Assembly (NCBI GenBank): GCA_965205215.1
Contig: OZ242041.1
Coordinates: forward strand, 32,001-96,000
DNA: 64,000 bases
Direction: 5' to 3'
From: Nitrosopumilus sp.
GTDB lineage: Archaea; Thermoproteota; Nitrososphaeria; Nitrososphaerales; Nitrosopumilaceae
Positions 45,801-54,007 of this stretch are shown piece by piece. Both the position numbers and the translations under genes were made by a program. The notes under the pieces are model-generated. The model was not told where the DNA came from. It was given only the letters and a program-made list of their open reading frames with translations, and ran no database searches. Positions within the stretch are counted from its first letter, which is position 1; each line of letters starts with the position of its first letter.

Positions 45801-48800
45801 CGGCACCGACCTAATACTGACGGCCGCCCCGGACCGCCCGGCGGATCCCCCCTACACCGTCAACGTGACCGCCACCGGCAGCTTCGGCTCCGACAACAAC
45901 CACCGCATCATCGAGGTGTCCATAGCCAGCCTCCCGCTCACCGCCGACGCCGGCCCCGACCAGGCGGTTACGGAAGGGCGCCCCGTGCACCTGAACGGCA
46001 CGGCCGTCTACGGCGGGCCGGCGGACAGGCCGGCCTACCTGTGGACGCACGACCGGCCCGGCCTTAACGTCACGCTGGCCGACCCGGCGGCCCTGTCGAC
46101 CACGTTTACGGCCCCGCAGGTCGACTCCAACACCACCATAACATTTACCCTGACGGCCACCGACCGGCACAACGGAACCGCCTCGGACGCCGCCACGGTC
46201 ACCGTCATGGACACCCCGCCGAACCGGCCGCCCACGGCCGACGCAGGGCCGGACCGGTCAGTCGAGGAGGGATCCGCGGTGACGCTAGCCGGCACCGCCG
46301 CCGACCCCGACGGCGACAGCGTCTCCTACATGTGGAACCAGACCGCGGGCCCGCCGGTGGTGGAACTGCGGGGGGCCGACACGCCGTCCCCCTCGTTCAC
46401 GGCGCCCGAGGTCGCCTCCGACGCGGTGCTCGCCTTTGAGATGACCGCCGGCGACGGCCTTGACAGCTCCACTGACACCGTCCGGGTGACGGTGCGCGAC
46501 GTGCCGGAGAGCTCCCACTTTGTCACCACCTGGAAGACGAAAACCGCCGGCGAGTCCATAACAATCCAAGTGGGCGGAACCGGCGGCACCTACACCGTCG
46601 ACTGGGGCGACGGGACCGTCGACCGGCGCGTATCGGGGAGCCAGACGCACGCGTACGACGGGGCCGGCACCCACACGGTCCGCATATGGGGGGGACTCTC
46701 AAGCCTCAACCTCGGCAGCAACCCGGCCAACGCGCAAAAGCTGCAGTCGATAGAGCAGTGGGGGGACATACGGTGGAAGTCTATGAAAACGGCGTTCCAG
46801 GGCGCCTCGAACATGGTCTACCGCGCGACCGACGCCCCGGACCTCTCGCGCGTCACCGACACGTCCTTCATGTTCCGCGACGCGGCCTCCTTCAGCGGCA
46901 ACCTGTCATCCTGGGACGTCTCCTCCGTGACTGACATGGAGGCGATGTTCTACCACGCCCACTCCTTTGACGGCGACCTCTCCGGCTGGGACGTCTCGCG
47001 GGTGTACGACATGAACGCGATGTTTGCCCAGGCGTACCCCTTCAACGGCGACCTCTCCGGCTGGGACGTCTCGCAGGTGCTCTATATGGGCACCATGTTC
47101 TCAAGAACCTCCTTTGACGGCGACCTCTCCGGCTGGAACGTCTCGCAGGTGAGGGACATGCACTGGATGTTCGAGGGCGCCTCCTCCTTCAACGGCGACA
47201 TATCCACATGGGACGTCTCGTCGGTGACCGCCATGAGCCTGATGTTTGACGGCGCCTCCTCCTTTGACGGCGACCTCTCCGGCTGGAACGTCTCGTCGGC
47301 GGACGACATGTTCAAGATGTTCAGGGGCGCCTCCTCCTTTGACGGCAACATATCCACATGGGACGTCTCGCGGGTGTACGACATGTCAAGGATGTTCCAG
47401 GGCGCCTCCTCCTTTGACGGCGACCTGTCATCCTGGAACGTCTCGTCGGTGGACGACATGTCCCGGATGTTTGCAGGGGCCTCCTCCTTTGACGGCGACA
47501 TATCGGCCTGGGACGTCTCGCAGGTGGCAGACATGTCCCGGATGTTTGCAAGGGCCTCCTCCTTTGACGGCGACATATCGGCCTGGGACGTCTCGCAGGT
47601 GGCAGACATGTCCCAGATGTTCGAGGGCGCCGATGCCTTTGACCAGAACCTGGGCAACTGGTATATCGTGCTGGACGACCTGCAGGCCGGCGGCGGCGGC
47701 GGCGGAGGGATAGTGGGGGAGATATCGGCGCAAAACGCGTTCCTTGCAGGCCAGGAACCGGCATACGGGGTGGGAACGGGCGGGAACTCCAACCTGTTTG
47801 AGATAGTCAACGGCACCGTCCTGAGGCTCAAGGCGCCCCCGGACGGCGCCCCGGCAGAAGGCCCGTATGCGGTGACCGTAACGTCCACCGGTTACTTTGG
47901 CACCGACAACTCCCGCACGTTCGAGATTGCGCCCGCAGAGAACCCGCGCTCCCCGCCGGCCGTCGGCGCCGGCCCCGACCAGGCCGCCCGGGAGGGAACC
48001 GAGGTCTCGCTGAACGGCACCGCCACCGGCCCGGATCCCGGAGACCGGCTGGCCTACCTGTGGACGCACGACCGGCCCGGCCTTAACGTCACGCTGGCCG
48101 ACCCGGCGGCCCTGGCGACCACGTTTACGGCCCCGCAGGTGGACTCCAACACCAACACCAACACCACCATAACCTTTACGCTGACGGCCACCGACCGGCA
48201 CGGCATGGCCGCCTCGGACACAGTGGCCGTCACCATACTGGACGTCCCCGCCGACGACGACCCGCCGCTCCAGAGCAACACTGCAGTGCTGGAGGCGCAG
48301 CGCGGCTTCCGCGACGTGGGCAGCATCACCCTGGTCAGCTCCACACCCGGAACCATCCAGGCGAGCTGGGTCGCCCCGGCCGAGCCGCCGGCCAACTACC
48401 GGATAACGTGGGCCAAGGCCGGCGAGCCGTTCCCGAGCTGGACGGACCAGACGGGCAACGCCTTCCCGACCGAGCCCTCCTGGACCATCACCGGCCTGGA
48501 GGGGGGCGAGAGGTACAAGGTGAAGGTGCGCGCCTCCTACTCCGGCACCGCCGGCGACTGGAGCGGCGAGCTGGCCATCACCGTTGTGGGGGCCACGCCG
48601 GCCAACAGGCCGCCCGCCGTAGATGCCGGCCCCGACAGGGCCGTCCGGGAGGGAACCGAGGTCTCGCTGAACGGCACCGCCACCGACCCGGATCCCGGCG
48701 ACAGCCTGACACACCTGTGGACGCACGACCGGCCCGGCCTTAACGTCACGCTGGCCGACCCGGCGGCCCTGTCGACCACGTTTACGGCCCCGCGGGTGGA

Positions 48801-50022
48801 CTCCAACACCACCATAACATTTACGCTGACGGCCACCGACCAACGCAATATGACCGCCTCGGACACCGTGGCCGTCACCATACTGGACGTCCCCGCGGGC
48901 GACCCGCCGCCCGCCCCAGTCGACACTCCAGAAAACACCACCACCACTACGGTCCTGGACCCGCCCGACCCCCGCGGCCCCCGCGACATAGGCAGGATCA
49001 CCCTGGCAAGCTCGGCCCCCGGGACCATCCAGGCGAGCTGGGAGCCCCCCACCGAGAACCCCGCCGACTACCGCATATCATGGGCCAAGGCCGGCGATCC
49101 CTACCTGACCTGGACGGATCTGACGGGCAACGCCTTCCCGACCGAGCCCTCCCGGACCATCGCCGGCCTGGAGGAGGACGAGGAATACAAGGTGAAGATT
49201 CGCGCCCGGTACGGCGGCACCTCCGGCGACTGGAGCGGCGAGCTGTCCATCACCGTTGCGGGGTCCGTCCCCGCCGACAGGCCGCCCGCCCCGGTCGACA
49301 TACCAGAAAACACCACCACCACTACGGTCCTGGACCCGCCCGACCCCCGCGGCCCCCGCGACATAGGCAGTATCACCCTGGCCAGCCCTGCCCCCGGGAC
49401 CATCCAGGCGAGCTGGGAGCCCCCCACCGAGAACCCCGCCGACTACCGCATATCATGGGCCAAGGCCGGCGAGCCGTTCCTGACCTGGACGGACCTGACG
49501 GGCAACGCCTTCCCGACCGAGCCCTCCCGGACCATCGCCGGCCTGGAGGGGGGCGAGGAATACAAGGTGAGGGTTCTCGCCCGGTACGGCGGCACCTCCG
49601 GCGACTGGAGCGGCGAGCTGTCCATCACCGTTGCGGGGTCCGTCCCCGCCGACAGGCCGCCCGCCCCGGTCGACATACCAGAAAACACCACCACCACTAC
49701 GGTCCTGGACCCGCCCGACCCCCGCGGCCCCCGCGACATAGGCAGTATCACCCTGGCCAGCCCTGCCCCCGGGACCATCCAGGCGAGCTGGGAGCCCCCC
49801 ACCGAGAACCCCGCCGACTACCGCATATCATGGGCCAAGGCCGGCGAGCCGTTCCTGACCTGGACGGACCTGACGGGCAACGCCTTCCCGACCGAGCCCT
49901 CCCGGACCATCGCCGGCCTGGAGGGGGGCGAGGAATACAAGGTGAGGGTTCTCGCCCGGTACGGCGGCACCTCCGGCGACTGGAGCGGCGAGGCGACAAT
50001 CCGGGTCGCGGGAACCGGGTAG
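42607..50022 (+). CDS. Giant surface protein E, 2471 aa, paralog of D: one 7-blade propeller, two DUF285/BspA-like modules, PKD-like and FN3-like domains
   Basis: Leader nearly identical to D. The central ~5 kb is closely similar to D. Ends WSGEATIRVAGTG like D. Confidence 0.9.
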   Translation: MTRAQRAPRPGGAGTGALLVPLAVAVALTAVVLGTAQPYLHSLSGDVDAPYPDTPAAAPGWHAFAQSLQEWLDLRPTDQITDAGHLELNDARGIAVFETGGHVYAAVAAYHDDGVQILNLTDPANIRATDEITDTGSLELDGATSIAVFERDARTYAAVAAYYDDGVQVLDLTDPANITAADWITDTRSLELRGPRGIDTFETGGRTYAAVAGHKDDGVQILDLTNPANIRATAQLADTCGLEIYGARGITAFEMGEHTYAAVSGNREDGIQILNLTDPANIAAIGRIVDYGTSELGSPAEIAIFKMGERTYAAVAAHYDNGVQVLDLTDPARPVRSGHIDDTPNLELGGAIGITTFKMGERTYAAVASRDDSGVQVLDLTDPANIAAIGRITDNDNYELAGALDVAHFETDGRTYLAVAAQDDDGVQIIHLAGERPPTTDVGSNMTSQVGSAETPSGTTAPDLRNGTASDTAGDPPANAVALEPPEQHGSCDVGRLTLASSQPGTIQAGWEAPIRVPTDYRVAWAKVGEDIKRWTDLSGNAFPAEPSKTITGLEEGETYKVKVRARYSDDAGGWSGEAIITVAGSAANRPPAADAGVGQAVREGSEVALNGTATDPDPGDRLAHLWTHDRPDLNVTLADPAALSTTFTAPQVDSNTTITFTLTATDRHNGTAADTTTVTVLDTPPNRPPTADAGPDQAVREGAAVTLAGTAADPDGDSVSYLWNQTSGPPVELRGADTPSPSFTAPEVASDAVLAFEMAAGDGLDSSTDTVRVTVRDAPEGSHFVTTWKTKTAGESITIPVGRTGGTYTVDWGDGTVDEGVSGSRTHSYDGAGTYTVSISGDFSSIKLEDSQASAKKLQSIEQWGDVQWKSMRSAFVGASNMAYRATDAPDLSRVTDTSQMFAYASSFDGDISGWDVSRVTDMTAMFQSASSFDGDLSSWNVSRVTDMDYMFYDASSFDGDISGWDVSRVTDMDYMFQGASSFDGDISGWDVSRVTRMNYMFYGATSFGQNLGAWYITLDNATIGHGGIPGTVGGIAAQNAPLSRQNPAYGIGSGGDSSLFEINGTDLILTAAPDRPADPPYTVNVTATGSFGSDNNHRIIEVSIASLPLTADAGPDQAVTEGRPVHLNGTAVYGGPADRPAYLWTHDRPGLNVTLADPAALSTTFTAPQVDSNTTITFTLTATDRHNGTASDAATVTVMDTPPNRPPTADAGPDRSVEEGSAVTLAGTAADPDGDSVSYMWNQTAGPPVVELRGADTPSPSFTAPEVASDAVLAFEMTAGDGLDSSTDTVRVTVRDVPESSHFVTTWKTKTAGESITIQVGGTGGTYTVDWGDGTVDRRVSGSQTHAYDGAGTHTVRIWGGLSSLNLGSNPANAQKLQSIEQWGDIRWKSMKTAFQGASNMVYRATDAPDLSRVTDTSFMFRDAASFSGNLSSWDVSSVTDMEAMFYHAHSFDGDLSGWDVSRVYDMNAMFAQAYPFNGDLSGWDVSQVLYMGTMFSRTSFDGDLSGWNVSQVRDMHWMFEGASSFNGDISTWDVSSVTAMSLMFDGASSFDGDLSGWNVSSADDMFKMFRGASSFDGNISTWDVSRVYDMSRMFQGASSFDGDLSSWNVSSVDDMSRMFAGASSFDGDISAWDVSQVADMSRMFARASSFDGDISAWDVSQVADMSQMFEGADAFDQNLGNWYIVLDDLQAGGGGGGGIVGEISAQNAFLAGQEPAYGVGTGGNSNLFEIVNGTVLRLKAPPDGAPAEGPYAVTVTSTGYFGTDNSRTFEIAPAENPRSPPAVGAGPDQAAREGTEVSLNGTATGPDPGDRLAYLWTHDRPGLNVTLADPAALATTFTAPQVDSNTNTNTTITFTLTATDRHGMAASDTVAVTILDVPADDDPPLQSNTAVLEAQRGFRDVGSITLVSSTPGTIQASWVAPAEPPANYRITWAKAGEPFPSWTDQTGNAFPTEPSWTITGLEGGERYKVKVRASYSGTAGDWSGELAITVVGATPANRPPAVDAGPDRAVREGTEVSLNGTATDPDPGDSLTHLWTHDRPGLNVTLADPAALSTTFTAPRVDSNTTITFTLTATDQRNMTASDTVAVTILDVPAGDPPPAPVDTPENTTTTTVLDPPDPRGPRDIGRITLASSAPGTIQASWEPPTENPADYRISWAKAGDPYLTWTDLTGNAFPTEPSRTIAGLEEDEEYKVKIRARYGGTSGDWSGELSITVAGSVPADRPPAPVDIPENTTTTTVLDPPDPRGPRDIGSITLASPAPGTIQASWEPPTENPADYRISWAKAGEPFLTWTDLTGNAFPTEPSRTIAGLEGGEEYKVRVLARYGGTSGDWSGELSITVAGSVPADRPPAPVDIPENTTTTTVLDPPDPRGPRDIGSITLASPAPGTIQASWEPPTENPADYRISWAKAGEPFLTWTDLTGNAFPTEPSRTIAGLEGGEEYKVRVLARYGGTSGDWSGEATIRVAGTG
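49208..49995. repeat. 375-bp tandem duplication of the terminal FN3-like unit in gene E
   Basis: GGTACGGCGGCACCTCCGGCGACTGGAGCGGCGAG recurs at 49208, 49583 and 49958 with apparently identical intervening sequence. Confidence 0.85.
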
Positions 50023-50641
50023 TGATGCAGCCCATAAAACCAAGAACGTGGACGGCCAGGCCCGCATGGCCGCGGGCTGCTGCCTGTGCGCCGGCCACGC
50101 GATCCGGCACTGCCCGTGCATTCCGGCCGGCGGGGATGCCCGGATCCCCATTGTAAATGGGGGCCGGCTTCCGCCCCCCAAGTCCTGCGGAAACGACGCC
50201 TCTGGAAGCGGGACGGCCCGCTCCCATGACCGCCCGCCGGTCCCGGGCAGGGCCCGACTGCGCCACCACCGCACGGCTGCAAGGCGCCGTCCGGGGCGCC
50301 GGCCAGGTGTGTTGCAGCCGAATGGCGGGCCCGTCACCGGCAGACGGAGCGGTTTTGGCCAAGGGGGGGGGGCGCACCCGGCGTGCGGCACCTCCGTCCT
50401 CCGGACAGGCGGGCTGTAGCGTGGGTCCACGCGCGGGTCCGGTCGCCTGACGCCTTGATGGCGGATCCGCGCTCCATTGGCCGTCGCGCTCCCCAGACTC
50501 GCCACCTCTTCCTCTGCGGCAAAGTTAAACCCAACATGCTGCGACATGATACGGGATCCTTTCTTACAGATACACGCGAACGCGCATATTCCCTACATGA
50601 ACCGTCTTGATCCCCTCCCCGCGCGCTCTCATACCTAGCTC

Positions 50642-51472
50642 CTATAGTCCGCTCAGTCTCAACAGCTCACCATACATTTCTGCAATGCCCTTTTCGTGCT
50701 TTCCGGTAAGGGCAATATCTGCCTCGCTGATCACCGCGGAGGATGCGTTCCCAACTGCAAGCCCCAGATCTGATGCCTGCAGCATTGGTACGTCCATGTC
50801 CGCATCCCCCACCACCACGACAAAATCGTCGGGGCCGAACCTCATCTCTGTGGTGAGTTTTTCTATGGCAGATCCCTTGTTTATGCCCTTGGCGGACACA
50901 TGATAGGAATTTTTGCTGGGGTGAATGTCTACTTTGGCCTTGGACTTTCTCACGTATCCGTTCATTTGTCTTCTGGAAACCGATTCTTGCAGGTAGATTC
51001 TCTCTGTCTTTCTGAAGCCTTGGTCTATGTCTTCACGAACCGTGCGGCAGTTCCTCAGGATGTACGAATTCAGAACGTCCGGCTGGGTCCTGTCACCCGG
51101 GGTTTCTTCGCTTCCCAGGCCGATTATGACGCCCCCGTTCTCTGCTATTCCATAAGGCTCCGTTTGGAACGATTTCATGTCCTTTTCAAGGCGCGGTATG
51201 GATCTCCCGGATGCAAAATAAATCCTCATCCCGCTAGCTTTCTTCATCCTGCCAAATATCGTGCGAATTTTCCTGTTTATGATGCTGCTTCCACGGGTCA
51301 GGGTCCCATCTATGTCAAAAAAACAGTGCAGGCTTTTGTCTCGTATTCCGCGTGTAGATTCGTCGTGCACTACGGTGACTATCACTTTTTTGACGCCTGC
51401 CATGTTGTATTTTTGATGAAGGTTTTTGATTTTTTGCGCCTGGTTCTGCGCTACAAACGTTTTCAGATGCAC
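50642..51472 (-). CDS. HAD-IIB/Cof-type phosphatase (phosphoglycolate phosphatase-like); N-terminal part probably extends to 51594 across a frameshift
   Basis: Motifs FDIDGTL, ASGR, IAENGG, NKGSAI, VGDADMDVPM. Confidence 0.85.
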   Translation of the reverse strand: MHLKTFVAQNQAQKIKNLHQKYNMAGVKKVIVTVVHDESTRGIRDKSLHCFFDIDGTLTRGSSIINRKIRTIFGRMKKASGMRIYFASGRSIPRLEKDMKSFQTEPYGIAENGGVIIGLGSEETPGDRTQPDVLNSYILRNCRTVREDIDQGFRKTERIYLQESVSRRQMNGYVRKSKAKVDIHPSKNSYHVSAKGINKGSAIEKLTTEMRFGPDDFVVVVGDADMDVPMLQASDLGLAVGNASSAVISEADIALTGKHEKGIAEMYGELLRLSGL

Positions 51473-51594
51473 ACGATGTTCTCGCCTGCATCATATACAC
51501 CAGACACGTCCCTGAACTTGGAGGCCTTATCAATTATCCGGCCCTTGTTTGCACTGCGATCCAAGGCCAGGTATATCTTCATGAAACATCCCAC
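51463..51594 (-). pseudogene. Short ORF forming the first half of an Lrp/AsnC(RAM)/ACT-like domain; out of frame with the HAD gene
   Basis: Manual translation (M)GCFMKIYLALDRSANKGRIIDKASKFRDVSGVYDAGENIVCI*. Removing one GT from ATC-GTGTG-CAT fuses it to VHLKTFV.... Confidence 0.45.
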
Positions 51595-51717
51595 TGGAAC
51601 TGAAACTTATAGATTGCTCGCATCTGTCGTACATAGGCTTCAAAGCCCTGCCGCGGGTGGCCGCAAGCACACGTGCAGTGGCGCAACAACTGGCACATGC
51701 TGCGCTTCAGCTTCCAG

Positions 51718-51999
51718 TCAGGAACTCACAAACATCTTGACCTTGGACACCTTTGCGCCCGCGCTGCGGAGCGCCTTGAGCTTGCGGCCAAATTTGTCAA
51801 TCTCACTATGTCTTACAATGGCAGACGCGGACACGCAATAGTCAGTATCAATTTCCGTTTTTGCCGTATATGCCCGCGTAACCTGCCTAAAGTTCTCAAA
51901 CAATGCATCCCGGAGCACGGCGCAGTCCCCATGCTCGTCTTTTGAGCACCGCAGCAGTACGTCAACGTGGTGAGCCTTGGGTGCGGACATCATTTCCAT
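51718..51999 (-). CDS. Small hypothetical protein (~93 aa), possible ACT/AsnC-like ferredoxin fold
   Basis: C-terminal part of the 237-aa ORF from MEMMSAPK. ATATAAG lies ~25-30 nt upstream of ATG 51999. Beta-alpha-beta-beta-alpha-beta-like hydrophobic pattern. Confidence 0.5.
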   Translation of the reverse strand: MEMMSAPKAHHVDVLLRCSKDEHGDCAVLRDALFENFRQVTRAYTAKTEIDTDYCVSASAIVRHSEIDKFGRKLKALRSAGAKVSKVKMFVSS

Positions 52000-52429
52000 C
52001 CACTCCAGGAGCCGGCGTGAGATCTTATATGCGTAAGTCTCGGTATTGGGGTGCGCACACCTATGATACGGGACGGCGACAAATAAGACTTTAAAACGCG
52101 GCCGACCGGGCTGGCCGTCACCCGTTCTGCCCGCACCGCGCCCGGGCTGCGCCACGTTGACGTACGCGGTGCAGCCCTCGTCGTTCCAGTACGTCTCGTC
52201 AAAGCCCGCGGCGGGCGCGCCGCGATCTCGGCTTTTCGTGACCTTGCGGTGAAAATCGGACGGCGCCGGATTTGGAAACAGAGTTAATAGATCAAAAGCG
52301 CTAATTATCGCATGCTTTTCATTTGCGTTTTCCCGCCGCGCGGCGCAGTCCGCGTCGGGGGGGAGGGGGATTCCGGCGGATCCGCGGCGCCCGTAAGGAG
52401 CATCACATACTAAAAGCAGGTGACAAACC

Positions 52430-54007
52430 ATGGTGTCCTACTACGAGGTGCTGCGCGCCGCAAGCAAAAAGGAACTGGACGAGGCGGGGCGCGACATTGC
52501 GCCGATATTGGAATCGCTGCCGGCGTCCGGATACGTCGAGGCGGGCCGGCTGGCGGCCGGGGCCGGGGACGGCCGGGCGGCGGAGCGCGCCATAAAATGG
52601 GCCTGCTCTCGCGGCATAATGCAAAGGGCAAAGCAGGGCTGCCGCGTGCTGGAGCTGGAAAGCGTCAGGTTCTGGCTGGGCCAGCTGGGCTCGTCCAGGT
52701 TGAAAAACGTCGGCGGAGTAAGGGATGGAGGCACCAGGAGGACGTACGCAAAAGAGATCGAGGCGTTCAGCAGGTGGCTGCCCAAAGCCGAGTTCCCGGC
52801 GGGGCGCGGGTCCGGCGGGGCGTTCTCAGACGTTGAGGATCTGCTGAGGTTCTGCGAGGCAAACGGCGCGCAGGCGGCAAGGCGCGCCCTCAGGCAGCAC
52901 GTGGCGGAGCTGGCCGGATCCGGCTACTCTGCGAACACGACCAGACTCAGGTGCGCCGCCGTAAAGTCGTACTTTGCCGCGCACGACGTGCCAGTCGACG
53001 TGAGGGTCGACAGGAGGCGCCACGGCAGCGGCGGCCGCGGCGGCGCCATAATCGACTCCGGTATGAGCCTCATGGACTTTTACAAGGTGATGACGGCAGG
53101 CGGGATGGGCGTGACGGCGCGCGCCGTGATGATGGCAAAGTTCCAGGCCGGGCTGGACTCGAGCACCATGGCAGACAGGTTCAACTTTGAGGCATACCCC
53201 CAGATGGTAAAGCACTTTGGGACGGAGGACCGCTCCTCGTGGGATTTGGACCGGTGCCCGGTGCCGATCAGGCTGGTCCGCGTCAAGACGGGCATGCCAT
53301 ATACGACGTTCATAGACAGGGACGCCGTAACCCACCTGCGGGACTGCCTGGCGTGGAAGGAGGGCGCGGACGGGAGGAGGCACGGCGCGGACGAGCCGAT
53401 GTTTGTAACGCAGCGCGGCACCCCGATCACTCCCATCTGGGTGTCATCAAAGTTCTCCATGGCGGCCGTCAACGCCGGCATACAGAAGAGGATCGCCCCG
53501 CGCACGTACATGATGCGCTCGCACGAGGTGCGCGACCTGCTGAAGAGCACGCTGCTGGCCTCGGGGTGCGCGCCGTACGCGGCAGACCACGTGCTGGGGC
53601 ACGCCCCGCGCGACTCGTACGAGAAGCAGGCCGTGCTGTACCCGGAGACGCTGCGCGCAGAGTACGCCAAGGCGTCGTGGAGGATCAACGTGTTCAGCGG
53701 CTTTGAAAAATACTTGGACTCGGTTGCGGCCCTCCCCCGGCCCGGGGACGGCGCGGCGGCGTACGGCCGGGACGGGCGCCCGGGCGGCGGTGACGATCAT
53801 TCTGCCTCCCGCGGGGCGCAGGAGGTACAGGACGCGTTCCAGAAGATGGCGGCCGACATGGCAGACATGTTTCGAACCGTCATGGCAAACAACGGCATGG
53901 GCGCGGCGGGCAAGGCGGCGCGCGGGCTGCAGGACATGCGGGGGGACGGCCGGGATGGTGGTGATGGTGATGGTGATGGTGATGGCGGCGGCGCGGCGGC
54001 GTCGTAA
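52430..54007 (+). CDS. Tyrosine recombinase / integrase family protein
   Basis: Core-binding-like region (GTRRTYAKEI..F, SANTTRLRCAAVKSYF), RVKTG, SHEVRDLLKS (HxxR), VLGH and DSYEK (catalytic Tyr). Box I reads AGLDSST rather than GxR. Confidence 0.85.
   Translation: MVSYYEVLRAASKKELDEAGRDIAPILESLPASGYVEAGRLAAGAGDGRAAERAIKWACSRGIMQRAKQGCRVLELESVRFWLGQLGSSRLKNVGGVRDGGTRRTYAKEIEAFSRWLPKAEFPAGRGSGGAFSDVEDLLRFCEANGAQAARRALRQHVAELAGSGYSANTTRLRCAAVKSYFAAHDVPVDVRVDRRRHGSGGRGGAIIDSGMSLMDFYKVMTAGGMGVTARAVMMAKFQAGLDSSTMADRFNFEAYPQMVKHFGTEDRSSWDLDRCPVPIRLVRVKTGMPYTTFIDRDAVTHLRDCLAWKEGADGRRHGADEPMFVTQRGTPITPIWVSSKFSMAAVNAGIQKRIAPRTYMMRSHEVRDLLKSTLLASGCAPYAADHVLGHAPRDSYEKQAVLYPETLRAEYAKASWRINVFSGFEKYLDSVAALPRPGDGAAAYGRDGRPGGGDDHSASRGAQEVQDAFQKMAADMADMFRTVMANNGMGAAGKAARGLQDMRGDGRDGGDGDGDGDGGGAAAS

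Noticed and set aside
12030-47662. Diversity-generating retroelement as the source of repeat variation
   Set aside because: No reverse transcriptase or non-coding template repeat is visible in the window, and by eye the differences are not adenine-specific. A trans-acting DGR was not tested.
17-50156. Many long antisense/alternate-frame ORFs (e.g. 22240-27639 +, 2424-5114 +, 16993-19191 +)
   Set aside because: Shadow ORFs of GC-rich, repetitive giant genes. Their translations are low-complexity mirror images with no independent motifs.
52000-52431. N-terminal 144 codons of the 237-aa ORF (51718-52431)
   Set aside because: Runs through the integrase upstream region with non-protein-like composition. 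A TATA-like element supports the start at 51999.
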